Origin: a virus
Strand: one strand, 5' to 3'
Length of the DNA stretch: 64,000 nt
IMG/VR virus record: IMGVR_UViG_3300045988_144346
Coordinates: 1 to 64,000 of that record
The notes beneath the pieces were generated by a model. That model ran no database searches, had not been told where the DNA came from, and was given only the letters and a program-made list of their open reading frames with translations. Positions within the stretch are counted from its first letter, which is position 1. Every line of letters begins with the position of its first letter. The translations under genes were made by a program, and so were the position numbers. Shown piece after piece: positions 26,428-36,799 of the stretch.

Positions 26428-26974
26428 CCCCGCCGTTCTTCGCGGCTTCGCGGATCTCGCCGACCGCAGTTTTTATCATGTCCGGCGTGATCTCGCAGAG
26501 AACCGCCGCCGCACGATGCAGCGCATCGTTCCGCGCTTCCAGCTCATCGCGGATAGCGCCGAAGATCATGCCTTCAAAGGCTTTATAGTCATAAAGAAGG
26601 TCGTATACCGTGTTGGAAACCTTCTTTGTTTTGTCCTTTTTCAAGCGTTCCAGCTGATTGATGACGTGAGATCCAGCCCAATCGTCATACTCCGAAAGCT
26701 GCATGAGCAGTCTCACATCCTGCTCTTCGCCGCTCTCTCCGAGCTTTACCCGCTGAATCCGGTAATCTCGGTGCAGATACATTTCCGCCAGAATGCCCAT
26801 GAGGAACATCTGCCGGAGTTTACGGTTCTCTCGATATACGGGCGCGCCGTTTTCCCCGTCCGCCGGTTCAACGCAGAACGCAGCAACGATGCGGGCGATG
26901 CGGTCCTTTGACTCTATGGGAATATAGGTGCTCGCTTTCGCAAGATCCGCTTCGGTAATCGTGATGACAGCCAT
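26408..26974 (-). CDS. Structural-module protein, unknown
   Basis: ATG at 26974 follows aaaggagtgttatgc. The track ORF extension is Arg/Lys-rich and overlaps the upstream gene. Confidence 0.4.
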   Translation of the reverse strand: MAVITITEADLAKASTYIPIESKDRIARIVAAFCVEPADGENGAPVYRENRKLRQMFLMGILAEMYLHRDYRIQRVKLGESGEEQDVRLLMQLSEYDDWAGSHVINQLERLKKDKTKKVSNTVYDLLYDYKAFEGMIFGAIRDELEARNDALHRAAAVLCEITPDMIKTAVGEIREAAKNGGDAHEAE

Positions 26975-27003
26975 GCATAACACTCCTTTTCGGCTGGTCT
27001 TTT

Positions 27004-27249
27004 TTACTTGCGGCTTCCGCTTTTGCGTTTGACCGCAGTCTTCACCGCCGGAGCGGTGGAATCTTCTTTGCGCTTCATGCACTCTCCCCAATCGGGAGAA
27101 AGCTTGTGGCAGTTCTTTGCCGGACAGAACTCCTGGCAGGAGCAGAGCGCGTGGAAATAGCTTGCCTTATCGCCGAACACGGGCGGCGTCTCCCTGCGGC
27201 ATAAGATATGTTCGTTGGGCGGGTCAAGATAGGCATATTTGCAGTCCAT
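27004..27249 (-). CDS. Cys-rich small protein
   Basis: 81 aa with 8 Cys residues and a basic tail. Confidence 0.4.
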   Translation of the reverse strand: MDCKYAYLDPPNEHILCRRETPPVFGDKASYFHALCSCQEFCPAKNCHKLSPDWGECMKRKEDSTAPAVKTAVKRKSGSRK

Positions 27250-27268
27250 AACTGATATCCTCCGTTGG

Positions 27269-28585
27269 TCATGTGGTAAGCGCCGTCTGAGCCGTCACGC
27301 TGTATTCTCCGCAGACCGCTGTAATGACCAGCGGGTCGAACGCCGCGGCATACCCGGTGATCTTCCAGATGTTTTCTCCGGCGCTCTCGATGGAGTAAGC
27401 GCTTTCCGGCGCACCGGAAACGACGATCTCCACAGCCTCATCCGTTGCCGCTCCGTTCCGGAAGAACGCGGCGGAAAATGTAGCGGAATCGAACGCCCGC
27501 AATGTCGCCGGCGGCGGCGTGGTAAACGCCGTGAACGCATTCCCGCTCTTTGCCGCGGTAATGGTAACGTCCGCGCTGATCTCCTGATTCTGCGCCAGAC
27601 ACACCGTAATAACAGCGCTTCCGGCTCTCACCGCCGTCACAAGGCCGCTGTCGTCCACGGTCAGCACGTTTTCGTCGCTGCTGTAGAAGAGATACCGGAT
27701 AGGATGTTCGTCCGTAGAAACGACGACAGCGCCGTTCCGGACGCTCTGCACCGCAACCGTCTGCGTCGTCCCGACAGGCATTTCCTCTGCTGCCGTCAGC
27801 ACGGGCTTCCACGAGAACGAGCCGTAGTCCGCGCACTGCTTTTCAATGCTGTCCTGCGGCAGCGGCTCGTTTCGCTCCACGGTGAACGTCAGAAGGTGAA
27901 CGCTGTCCGCATCATCCGTAAACTCTCTCGTAAAATCGTTCAGACCACGGATGGCATAGGCGCTCTTCCCCATCACGAACCGGGTATTTTCGGTGAACTC
28001 GCTGCTGACCTTGTTTCTCTGGCAGATACAGGCGATATAGTTCTTGGCAATAATGCTGTCTTCCGTCACCTGATTCGCGTTGCCGAGCGTGCTGATCTTG
28101 GCAAAGCTCATCGGCACGCTGACGATATTGCCGTAGTAATCCAGCCGGTTGATAACGGCGTTGCAGCGGCGAACAATGGCGTGCGCGTAGGTGTTGCCAA
28201 TGTTTTTCGGCTTGAACACGATCCATGTATTCCCGCCGTATTTCATGTAAGCCCCCTGCGGGATGTGCGAAATTCCCGAAGGAGCGATGATGTATACCCG
28301 GTGCCAGTCGTCCGGCATCGTCTCGCCCATGCTGCTCTGCGACGTGGCAGAGGAGCGGATGCGGACAGGGGTGTAGTCGTACCAGTCCGGCGCGGAAAGG
28401 CCCTGACACACCGCGTCAAAGCAGTCGGAGGCAAGCGCGCCGTAAGCGGCGGCATAAGCCGTCGTGTCTGTTCCGAAATACTGCTGGTTCAGCCCCTTGT
28501 TGAACCTGGATGCGGCACCGGCGGCGGGGCTTGGGGCGTTTCCCAGCATGGCGGCGTTTTTTGCCATGCGCTCAAGATTTGCCAT
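27269..28585 (-). CDS. Structural protein with C-terminal Ig-like (Big_2-type) domain(s)
   Basis: 438 aa; LTVDDSGLVTAVRAGSAVITV is a typical Big_2 strand pattern. Confidence 0.45.
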   Translation of the reverse strand: MANLERMAKNAAMLGNAPSPAAGAASRFNKGLNQQYFGTDTTAYAAAYGALASDCFDAVCQGLSAPDWYDYTPVRIRSSATSQSSMGETMPDDWHRVYIIAPSGISHIPQGAYMKYGGNTWIVFKPKNIGNTYAHAIVRRCNAVINRLDYYGNIVSVPMSFAKISTLGNANQVTEDSIIAKNYIACICQRNKVSSEFTENTRFVMGKSAYAIRGLNDFTREFTDDADSVHLLTFTVERNEPLPQDSIEKQCADYGSFSWKPVLTAAEEMPVGTTQTVAVQSVRNGAVVVSTDEHPIRYLFYSSDENVLTVDDSGLVTAVRAGSAVITVCLAQNQEISADVTITAAKSGNAFTAFTTPPPATLRAFDSATFSAAFFRNGAATDEAVEIVVSGAPESAYSIESAGENIWKITGYAAAFDPLVITAVCGEYSVTAQTALTT

Positions 28586-28600
28586 GCTGTAAAGCCCTCC

Positions 28601-29290
28601 TCACAGGTTGTAGTTTTTAACGGTGTTGAGATACGCCACGTTGGTTTCGTACTCGCGCATTTTCCCGTAGAGCTGTTCGGCAACGAGCCGCTGGCGGCCG
28701 GAGTTGGCGTTCGTCTGGCTCGCCTCGCTGATCGTCGTGAAAGACCCGTCGCGGATCTTGCTTTTTCGCTCGATCGCGTCGTTGTCGAATCGCTGTTCCC
28801 AGACGAAATAAACAGCGAACGCAAGAATAGATATTTCCGTTGCGTTCAGTTCGTCGCGGAAACTTCCGGATTTATAAAAATCCATCGTGATTTTCGTCCC
28901 CACCGCAATGCCCTGCCCGATCGTTACAATGCCCGTCGCGCTGTCGTAGGTGACAGGAAGCGGGTTATACTGCGGGTCTCCGTAAGCATCTTGGGAGACG
29001 ACCCCGGCAGATACGATGTCATACCCTTTCAGTCCGGTATCGATTTCGGTGGTTCCGGTGGTGGTTTCCTCTGCGGTGTAAACGCCGTCCGTAAACTCCG
29101 GCGGCGTATTTTGCGCAAGCCGCACGACCATTTCCGCCGGTCGGTTGAACAGCGGGATAGCCTCGCGCATATACGAAAGCATACGATTGTAGAAGACCGG
29201 GAGGCGGTTGCGCATATCCCAAACCAGCGAGATATCGTTTTGTATGTAGGTCATGGCCTGCGTTTCGATTGTTTCCCATGCGGTTCCCAT
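28601..29290 (-). CDS. Structural-module protein (possible head-tail connector), unknown
   Basis: 229-aa ORF; the connector role is suggested by position only. Confidence 0.35.
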   Translation of the reverse strand: MGTAWETIETQAMTYIQNDISLVWDMRNRLPVFYNRMLSYMREAIPLFNRPAEMVVRLAQNTPPEFTDGVYTAEETTTGTTEIDTGLKGYDIVSAGVVSQDAYGDPQYNPLPVTYDSATGIVTIGQGIAVGTKITMDFYKSGSFRDELNATEISILAFAVYFVWEQRFDNDAIERKSKIRDGSFTTISEASQTNANSGRQRLVAEQLYGKMREYETNVAYLNTVKNYNL

Positions 29291-29311
29291 GGCACTGCCT
29301 CCCGTAATGAT

Positions 29312-29704
29312 TCATTCCTCGCCCTTGATCTTGCGAAGCCACGCTTCGCCGGCGTCCTGGATGATCGCGTTCAGGTCCTTATTGGCGCCGAGAATCAGTT
29401 TAATGGCGGCGTCGCTCATCTTGGACTTGGTAATTTCCAGAAGTTTCTGGTTCAAAAGTGCGATCTGCTCGTCGGTGAGTTTTCCATCCGGTGCAGCGGC
29501 CTTCCAGCCGTCAACCAGCGTCTGCTGCAGGGCGGAAACCGTCTGCTGCGCCATTGCGGTAGCTTCGGTCACGGCAGCGGACAGGGCCTGGAACTTCTGC
29601 GTTTTGGCAAGCCTCATAGCCGCCCAGGTTCCGAAGAGGCTGAGCAGAATAAGCACGGCCTGCGTCACGATCTGCAGAACGGATTCAACAAGAATTTCCT
29701 GCAT
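29312..29704 (-). CDS. Single-TM protein resembling LL-H-type holins
   Basis: N-terminal TM VLQIVTQAVLILLSLFGTWAAM followed by a ~100-aa helical soluble domain, the architecture of the LL-H holin family. Confidence 0.4.
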   Translation of the reverse strand: MQEILVESVLQIVTQAVLILLSLFGTWAAMRLAKTQKFQALSAAVTEATAMAQQTVSALQQTLVDGWKAAAPDGKLTDEQIALLNQKLLEITKSKMSDAAIKLILGANKDLNAIIQDAGEAWLRKIKGEE

Positions 29705-29711
29705 GTCAAAA

Positions 29712-30143
29712 TCACTCCTTTGTCGTTGAATGTGGAATTTTCAAAGGAAGTTTTCGGACCTTATACATAAGGTCGTCGAAAAAGCCGTTGCCGTTCAGCG
29801 CGTCGTGATACACCTTGTGCATCCGCTTGAGATCTTCGTAGTCGCTGCTCAGAATGCTGCCCTCTTCGACGTAGAGGAGACACAGCTCCTTGATCTTGGC
29901 TCCGAGAACTTCCCGGAGAGCCGCCATCATGTTCGCCTGAGAGGCTTTCTGCGCGTCCATATCCTTCTGCAGCTTGCGTATATCCTCGCTCTGCGCGGCA
30001 TTTAAGTCGTGCTTTTCCTCTTCCCGATCTTCTTTCTGTGCTTTACGGTTTCTTCGCTGTTCTGCCAGACGGAAGAGCCCGTTTATGAAAGCAGCGCCGG
30101 CCGCGCCGCCGAGAACTCCCACAATGAGAGCGTCTGTCGTCAT
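29712..30143 (-). CDS. Single-TM + coiled-coil protein
   Basis: ATG at 30143 follows ggaggaattgct. TM ALIVGVLGGAAGAAFINGLF, then a charged helical region. Confidence 0.4.
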   Translation of the reverse strand: MTTDALIVGVLGGAAGAAFINGLFRLAEQRRNRKAQKEDREEEKHDLNAAQSEDIRKLQKDMDAQKASQANMMAALREVLGAKIKELCLLYVEEGSILSSDYEDLKRMHKVYHDALNGNGFFDDLMYKVRKLPLKIPHSTTKE

Positions 30144-30190
30144 AGCAATTCCTCCAACTTGTGCGGAGAGCGGCGCGCCGTCTCCGAGGA

Positions 30191-30856
30191 TCACACGGCC
30201 CGGCTGTTGAGCTCCTGAATGATGGGAGCAAAGAGCTTCTTGCCGTCAAGCTCTTTGGCGGCTTCGTTCAGCTTTTCCACGCGGCTTCTGTCCACACGGT
30301 TATCCCCGCTCTCAAATGCGGAAAGGAAGCGGCGGGCAACAAGCTCGCGGTGCTGCGGGCAAAGCTGACGGAATTTGTTGACCGCCTCAGCCTCACTCAG
30401 GCTGAAGAACCAGTCAAACATGCCCTCGTTGCGCACGACCTCGCCTTCGGCGTAATCGCAGTGGTACTGCGCTCTCTGCTCGTCGGTCAGACCGTCCAGA
30501 ACAATGAACTTGCGCTTTTCCAGCAGGCCCATGTGGAACGGCGTCATAAACTCGCCCTCGAACTCTTCAAGCGTCACGCTGAACACTCGGCCAGAGCCGC
30601 TGATAAATCTGCCCTTGGAAATGGGAATCTGGTTTCCGGGGATACAGGTATCCACGTACAGGATCTTCACCATCTGCGCCTGCGGCGTAACGACCTGAAC
30701 GATCGGAGGCGCGGCTGCTGTCTCTTTGTGGCTTGCCTCTTCCCGGATCTCTTCTTCAGATTCCGCGATGGCATCCGTAATAGCCGTTTTGGATGCTTTG
30801 CGCGCTTCAGCGCGGGCTTTCTTTTCTTCCTCTGTCAAAGGGGTACGTCCCATCAT
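30191..30856 (-). CDS. Head-module protein, unknown
   Basis: 221-aa ORF directly downstream of the capsid gene. Confidence 0.4.
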   Translation of the reverse strand: MMGRTPLTEEEKKARAEARKASKTAITDAIAESEEEIREEASHKETAAAPPIVQVVTPQAQMVKILYVDTCIPGNQIPISKGRFISGSGRVFSVTLEEFEGEFMTPFHMGLLEKRKFIVLDGLTDEQRAQYHCDYAEGEVVRNEGMFDWFFSLSEAEAVNKFRQLCPQHRELVARRFLSAFESGDNRVDRSRVEKLNEAAKELDGKKLFAPIIQELNSRAV

Positions 30857-30920
30857 AATTTCCTCCTTCTGGACGTTTTAAGAACGCGAGGGGTGGGGTT
30901 CCCACCCCTCGCTGCAGAAA

Positions 30921-32147
30921 TCAGGTAACGGAGTTGATGATGCCGATGCGGGAGGCAAATGCCGGGGCAATCTCAAGGGAAGCAAACTGCTCGACCTCGA
31001 TGTTGCCGGTGGCGATCACGTTGTCGCCCGGAGTCAGGTTCAGCATGCCCTGGCCGCCTTCCTCGAAGCAGCAGATCATCGGGGCATAACGCTCGGTGGC
31101 GCGAGCCGCGAGGACGATCATGTCGCTGGGGAATACGTCGGTCATGGTAGTGTTGATGGTCTCCGGCGTAGAGGTAGGGGTAATCTCATAGAGCATCGTC
31201 CCATCATGGCTCGTGATGTAGCCATTGCGGAAATACTCATTGCCGAGCTGCATCATGATCGCGCTGGCAAGGCCGGCGTTGTCGGGCAGCACTTTGCGCA
31301 GAGCAAGGAAGTTGCCGTAGCCGATGATGTCGGTGCGGCGGACACGGTTGGCTTTCGCCACGTTCTGCACAATCGTCGCCCAGTTCTGGTCGGTGTAACC
31401 GGTCGCAGTCAGGGCAGCGGGCACATAAGTGGTGTTAGCTGCAGCCGCGGTGAAAGCAGTAGTGAACTTCTGCATAATCATCGCGCCATAGCCACCGGCG
31501 AGAGCCGCCAGCGTGTCTACCATGTTCAGGCCGTTGCCGACCATCTGGTAGTAATTGATACGGCCACGGCACGCCGTGGGAGTCGGGTTCAGGGTGATGG
31601 TCTTGTGGTAGAGCTGGCTTTCCGGCACGGAGCGCAGGGAAGTCCAGGTCGCGTCCTCCCATTTGAAGACCTCGTTGGAGGTAATAGCCGCCGTGAACGT
31701 CTGACCCTTGGGCGTGGTGACGGTGCTTACCATGTCGCCGACGAGTTCGTTGACAACGTAAGGAGTGGTGGTGTACAGCACTTCATTCATCACGTCACTC
31801 AGAAGCTGGAGATACATGGGGTTAGCCGCGAGGCGAGGATTGGCGAACGTCGCCTTTTCGTCACGGTTGGTGCGCACGCCGTTGAAGTCGTTGACCTTCT
31901 TGGCGCAGAAGTGGAGAACATCATCCGTCCACTTGCGGGCGTACTTCTCATAATCCGACGCGTTCTTGAAAGAACTGCCGAAGTCGATAGTCGGGCGCTC
32001 CGCCTTGGAAAGAGCCTTGTTCTTTGCGAAACCAACGGATTCAAGAACAAGCGCTTTGCCTTCCGCGACAAGCACTTCTCTTGCGTCAGAGCTCACCTTG
32101 CTGCTGTTCAGCAGGGCGAGACCGGAATTAAGTTTCAGAGACTCCAT
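30921..32147 (-). CDS. Candidate major capsid protein
   Basis: 408 aa; lies after the protease/scaffold gene and a 185-aa protein; composition typical of capsid proteins. Positional call. Confidence 0.5.
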   Translation of the reverse strand: MESLKLNSGLALLNSSKVSSDAREVLVAEGKALVLESVGFAKNKALSKAERPTIDFGSSFKNASDYEKYARKWTDDVLHFCAKKVNDFNGVRTNRDEKATFANPRLAANPMYLQLLSDVMNEVLYTTTPYVVNELVGDMVSTVTTPKGQTFTAAITSNEVFKWEDATWTSLRSVPESQLYHKTITLNPTPTACRGRINYYQMVGNGLNMVDTLAALAGGYGAMIMQKFTTAFTAAAANTTYVPAALTATGYTDQNWATIVQNVAKANRVRRTDIIGYGNFLALRKVLPDNAGLASAIMMQLGNEYFRNGYITSHDGTMLYEITPTSTPETINTTMTDVFPSDMIVLAARATERYAPMICCFEEGGQGMLNLTPGDNVIATGNIEVEQFASLEIAPAFASRIGIINSVT

Positions 32148-32166
32148 TTCTCGTTATCCCCCTCTC

Positions 32167-32724
32167 TCAAATGTTGCGGCAAAGGACGTTGTAACGGTTG
32201 AAAGGAACCGTATTGCCCTCGGTGAACTTGTCAATGCCGAGAGCCGCGTCCAGCTCGAAATAGATTCCGCTGCCGGCGGCAGGGGCGGCATTGGTGCCGA
32301 CCAGAAGACCGTTGGCAATGGTCGCGTACTTATTGTCGGCGGACATAACCGTGGAGAAGTTGCCGTCGCCAAAAGCATAGGTCTCGCCGGGGATGGCCTT
32401 GGTGTAGGTCGCGAGACGACCGGCAGGAGCGCCGAGACCGAGGGTGTTGACGCCCTCAGCGTAAAGCTGCGTGCCGATCACGCCGCGCTGCACATCGCCG
32501 GGGTTGCAGATGTAAATATCGCCCTTGCCGTCGGCGGCAAGAGTCATCTTGTATCCGCCGTTCGGCAGATGATCGCCCTTGACGCAGAACATGCCGGCGC
32601 TGCAATCCGCAGGCGTCCAGGTCGTGCTAACCATAGCGCCGAACTGACCGGCAACGTTCTGCAGATCGTTATACCGGTTGTTCCACATGCGGGGCTCAAA
32701 AGCGGTTTTAGCCGTGAAACTCAT
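32167..32724 (-). CDS. Head-module protein (decoration/auxiliary candidate)
   Basis: 185-aa Gly/Ala/Thr-rich ORF between the scaffold and capsid genes. Confidence 0.35.
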   Translation of the reverse strand: MSFTAKTAFEPRMWNNRYNDLQNVAGQFGAMVSTTWTPADCSAGMFCVKGDHLPNGGYKMTLAADGKGDIYICNPGDVQRGVIGTQLYAEGVNTLGLGAPAGRLATYTKAIPGETYAFGDGNFSTVMSADNKYATIANGLLVGTNAAPAAGSGIYFELDAALGIDKFTEGNTVPFNRYNVLCRNI

Positions 32725-32748
32725 TTTTCATTCACTCCTTTTCTTGTG

Positions 32749-34137
32749 TCAGATGCCGGCCCGCATCTTTTCGCCGATGGTATGCGGTTCGTCGGCCTTG
32801 CTGTTCGACTTCATGCCCCACTGGAAGTAGGACTTGTCAGCCTTGCGGTCCTCTTCGTCCATGCGCATCTGCTCATCCATGCAGAGGCCTTTGACGGCGG
32901 CGCGGATCGCCTTGTCACCCGTCCAGTTGCCGTCGGCATCTTCGTTCTCGGTGAACTCGTTGTTGTTGATCTTCTCCATGAGGTCCTTGCAGAGTTCGTC
33001 GCTGAAGCGCCGGTCTTCGGAACGGTTCTGGTTGATGCGGGCGAGTTCGTCGCTGCAAGCGCTCTTGGCAGCTTCCAGACGGCGGGATTTCTCGCGGGTA
33101 ACAGCAGTAGAAAGGGACTTTTCCACGGCTTCCAGCCGGTCCTTCGTCTCTTTCAGTTCTTTCTCCGCCGCATTGCAGCGATTCATGGCAACGGACAGAG
33201 CAGACTCAAAATCCGTCTGAACGTTGTCGTCGCCGGCAGAGAAAGTAACAGTAGCGGATGCCTGGCGGATCCGTTCGGGGATCACGCTGCCCATGTCGCT
33301 GTCCTCGGAAACGTAAAGGTGCGGATCGCCGCTCTCGCTGAGCAGCGCAATGACCTTCGTATCCTCAGAAGCGCCGATGCAGGTGAAGCCGTTGAACTTC
33401 GCCGTCAGATCATCCAGACGCTTTTTGGAAAGCATATTTACTCTCACTCCTTGTTTCTCAGGTTTATTGGTTCCGTGCGGGGCGTCATCCAGCGACGCAG
33501 CCTTCAGAATTTCCCGTCTTTCGCTGCTCGCTCTCATTGCGGCAAGCGCTTGGATGTTCGCGCCCGGCACGGCGGGGCGTACTCCATTGCCGAGAATGGT
33601 GATACCGAGAATCAGATATTCTTCCTCGACATCCACACCGTTTTCGCGGTGTTCCTTCGTCACAAGGGTCTCTACAGACACGTCAAGGCCGCCGCCCTGT
33701 CCGGCGATCTTGTCAACAAGCTCCTTGCTGTACCATGCCCACAGATAACCCGTAACAACTACCCAGTCGGTGCCGCCGTCCCGCTCAATGCGGCGTGGCG
33801 CGTTCTTCGGCACCCATCCAACGATCCGTTCCGCGTCCGGCGCGGTGAACGAAACGTATTCTTTTCCGGTGGCGGGGTCTACTTTTGTGTCGTAATTATG
33901 CCCGTCTCCGATCGTCCCGTCCTGCAGATATGCCGTCAGGAGCGGGATATCCTCAAATTCGCTCAGATGCGAATCAAGATTGATATATTTCCAACCGTTC
34001 CGGTTGACCTCGTTGTTCAGCGCCCAAACTTCCACGCGGAACAGTTTCCGGTTTACTGCCTCAAGGATTTTCAGCTTGCCGGAAAAGCTCAGGTTCTTCC
34101 CGTCGTCGCCGTTCGGTTTGTATCGATTTTTTGCCAT
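32749..34137 (-). CDS. Candidate prohead protease/scaffold fusion
   Basis: ATG at 34137 follows gggagggaaaaccgc. Globular N-half, then a long charged coiled-coil C-half (AEKELKETKDRLEAVEKSL...). Lies between portal and capsid. Confidence 0.4.
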   Translation of the reverse strand: MAKNRYKPNGDDGKNLSFSGKLKILEAVNRKLFRVEVWALNNEVNRNGWKYINLDSHLSEFEDIPLLTAYLQDGTIGDGHNYDTKVDPATGKEYVSFTAPDAERIVGWVPKNAPRRIERDGGTDWVVVTGYLWAWYSKELVDKIAGQGGGLDVSVETLVTKEHRENGVDVEEEYLILGITILGNGVRPAVPGANIQALAAMRASSERREILKAASLDDAPHGTNKPEKQGVRVNMLSKKRLDDLTAKFNGFTCIGASEDTKVIALLSESGDPHLYVSEDSDMGSVIPERIRQASATVTFSAGDDNVQTDFESALSVAMNRCNAAEKELKETKDRLEAVEKSLSTAVTREKSRRLEAAKSACSDELARINQNRSEDRRFSDELCKDLMEKINNNEFTENEDADGNWTGDKAIRAAVKGLCMDEQMRMDEEDRKADKSYFQWGMKSNSKADEPHTIGEKMRAGI

Positions 34138-34154
34138 GCGGTTTTCCCTCCCGC

Positions 34155-34691
34155 TTACTGCTTCTGCGGCGCTTTCAGGATGTTCACGAACCAGCTGTCG
34201 TAAGAGGTCGTGCTGCCGTCGCCGTTTTCTGCCATGGTGTTTGCTTCTACGAGCCACTGCCGATCCTGAAAGTTTTCCATCTGTACGTTTTCGGCATAGC
34301 GTGCCAGCGGCTCATAATTGGCCGTATCGCATACTTCCACGATGCCGGACAGCGCATCATTTACTTCATCGAGAAGACCGATGCACATGTCGAACGTACC
34401 GGAGAGCCCCGGATACTCCATATCGAGCTCCGGAATGGGCGGGTAGCTCAGCGGCAGTCCCAGCTTTGCCATAATGTCCTTCAGCTCGTCGATGTACTCC
34501 GGCTGTTTGTGCTCCAGCGCGTGGATGGCCGCCGTAACGCCGGTGTAGCCCTGATACCACGTCTGCTCTTTGAGCGCGGCAAACCACCACATCGCCTTGC
34601 CCATTGCCGCCATAGCGCGGCGCATTGGCTCATAGAGCCCCGCATACCGTTCGTTCCGGTATGCCCCTCTGAACTCTCGCATCTCGCTCAC
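34155..34691 (-). CDS. Hypothetical helical protein
   Basis: 178-aa ORF directly after the portal gene. Confidence 0.4.
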   Translation of the reverse strand: MSEMREFRGAYRNERYAGLYEPMRRAMAAMGKAMWWFAALKEQTWYQGYTGVTAAIHALEHKQPEYIDELKDIMAKLGLPLSYPPIPELDMEYPGLSGTFDMCIGLLDEVNDALSGIVEVCDTANYEPLARYAENVQMENFQDRQWLVEANTMAENGDGSTTSYDSWFVNILKAPQKQ

Positions 34692-34692
34692 C

Positions 34693-36480
34693 TCACTCCA
34701 AAGCGCGCCTCAGCTCATCAAGGAGCCGTGCGTCGATTTTCACTTTCTCCGTGACTTCCCCGTTGATGGAGCCGTCTTCCGCCGGTCGTCCGCCCGGGTT
34801 CAGGTCTTTTTTTGCCTGCGGCGGCAGCCCTGACGTGTCCTGCTTGGCGCTGTAGGACGTGACAAGCGGTTTGCGCTTATCAAGGATCCCGCTCTCCGAA
34901 ACGAAATCGGAGATCGCCATGTCATCCAGCAGCGAGTGCCCCATCAGCGCGTCATATTTCAGCGTTTCCGGAAGAATGCCGAGCGTGGCCCCCTGTCGGG
35001 CGCTCTCGATCTCTTCTTTCCGCGAGAAGATGTCGCCGAACATGCGGAACTTGAACGGGCATTTGAACCGCTGCTGCTCAAAGACCCAGTTCATCATCCG
35101 CTCGATCGCCCAGTAGATGAGCATCGGATACCGCGCCTGGATCTGCGCGGAGAGCTGTGCCACGCCGACCTTCGGGTCGTTCGTCGTAGGAATAAGCGCC
35201 GTAAGACCGGCTTTCAGGATCTGGTCGTTGAGCGCCGTGGACGTGATATTCGTGTTGGAAACCGTGTCCGAAAGTGTCTGCAGCTTCAAATCATCCGCCG
35301 GCGCGAGATACAGTCCGATGCCGGACGTATTGGTCGCCTGAAGCATCTGGTACCAATACGCCTCGAAGAGCCGTCTCGTCTTTTCCGATACGCGAACCGG
35401 GTCGGCATTGGAAGACCCTTTCGGGTCGTAAGTCTCCAGGCTGCCGGTCAAAACGCTCGTCAGCGGGTTCAGGATGACTTCCATCTGCGCCGCTTCGTAG
35501 TTCGGTATCTGCGTCATGGACACCATCATGCCGGTCGTCGGCGGCGCCATGAGCGCGTTTCGGTCTACGATCTCAAACGAGAAGACCTTATCGGCGGGGA
35601 GAATGACCCAGTAGAACCACTTATTCCCGGCATACTGCCATTCCGGCGCACCGGGCAGTTCGTTCATTTTCGCGGTTTCAAATTTGTTCGTGTCGATTCG
35701 GTAATTCTGAGACCGGCGCTCCTGCGAAGAGTACACATATTTGCCTTCCGTCTGCACCACGGAGTAGAACGACTGCATATAAGGCCGGAACAGATCGCCG
35801 AACTGCCGCCAGTCGTTTCCCGGCTGCACGAAGTACATCAGGTTGAATGCGATCGTGTACTTCCCCGGTCCGTTGTTCCAGCCGACAATTTTGATGTAAT
35901 CTTCCGGGAGCTGCTGGAGAAAGGCGTAATTCACCTTCCCGTGGCTCTTGTCCATGGAAATGCGCGGCGTGTAAAACACCTTGCCGTACTGCGCACACAG
36001 ACCCACGATCTCATGGGCTTTCGCCTTGATATTCATGGTTTCCGCGAGCTTGATCGCCATGGCATACTCGCGCAACTGCGTCGCCTTGTCCGGCTTTTCC
36101 GGCGTATATCCCGGATATACATACCAATCGTAGGTCAATACGTCCTGATATGTCTGGAGAATCAGGTCATAGGTCTTGGTGCTGGACGCAAGCGCGGCGG
36201 ACACCTGGCGGAGCGCCTGTTCGTTTCCCTCCGGAGCCGCCACCATCTGCTCGATGTCGTCTTTGCTGAAATTGGCGGGCAGCGAATTGACGCTTTTGAC
36301 GCGCTTGTTCTGGATATATGGCCAGTTGAGCATATACCCCATGCCGCCCGCGCCCATAAATGCCTGATACACGCTGTCCATCGGCAGAGCCTGGTATTCC
36401 CGCCCGAGAGACGCCATATATCGCGCGAAATAGTCCTGCGGCATTTCCTGTGCAGTTTTGTTATTCGTCTCTTGCGGCAT
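34693..36480 (-). CDS. Candidate portal protein
   Basis: 595 aa, second gene downstream of the large terminase; size and position fit a portal. Confidence 0.5.
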   Translation of the reverse strand: MPQETNNKTAQEMPQDYFARYMASLGREYQALPMDSVYQAFMGAGGMGYMLNWPYIQNKRVKSVNSLPANFSKDDIEQMVAAPEGNEQALRQVSAALASSTKTYDLILQTYQDVLTYDWYVYPGYTPEKPDKATQLREYAMAIKLAETMNIKAKAHEIVGLCAQYGKVFYTPRISMDKSHGKVNYAFLQQLPEDYIKIVGWNNGPGKYTIAFNLMYFVQPGNDWRQFGDLFRPYMQSFYSVVQTEGKYVYSSQERRSQNYRIDTNKFETAKMNELPGAPEWQYAGNKWFYWVILPADKVFSFEIVDRNALMAPPTTGMMVSMTQIPNYEAAQMEVILNPLTSVLTGSLETYDPKGSSNADPVRVSEKTRRLFEAYWYQMLQATNTSGIGLYLAPADDLKLQTLSDTVSNTNITSTALNDQILKAGLTALIPTTNDPKVGVAQLSAQIQARYPMLIYWAIERMMNWVFEQQRFKCPFKFRMFGDIFSRKEEIESARQGATLGILPETLKYDALMGHSLLDDMAISDFVSESGILDKRKPLVTSYSAKQDTSGLPPQAKKDLNPGGRPAEDGSINGEVTEKVKIDARLLDELRRALE

Positions 36481-36799
36481 TGGCTATCTCCTTCGCCTGC
36501 TCTTTCAGCAGCTCCTCAAAGCGTGAAAAGAACGCCTTCTGCTGCTCAATGAGCTGCGCGTGATATTTCTTTTCCTGCTCCTGCCGGATTCGGTTGGACA
36601 TTTCAAAGATCCACTCCCAATCATCCGTGCCGAGCAGGCGCAGGTCGTCTTCTCCCACTTCCATAGCGCCCTCCGGCGCCTCCTCCGCGATCACAAGGCA
36701 GTGATCCCGATTGGCAAACGCCATATCGTACTGCGCGAGCCGGTCAATATTCTCATTGGTCGGGAGCATACAGTAGAGGGCGTAATGCTCAATCGTCAT
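36461..36799 (-). CDS. Hypothetical protein
   Basis: ATG at 36799 overlaps the terminase stop (ATGA); 112 aa. Confidence 0.4.
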   Translation of the reverse strand: MTIEHYALYCMLPTNENIDRLAQYDMAFANRDHCLVIAEEAPEGAMEVGEDDLRLLGTDDWEWIFEMSNRIRQEQEKKYHAQLIEQQKAFFSRFEELLKEQAKEIANAARDE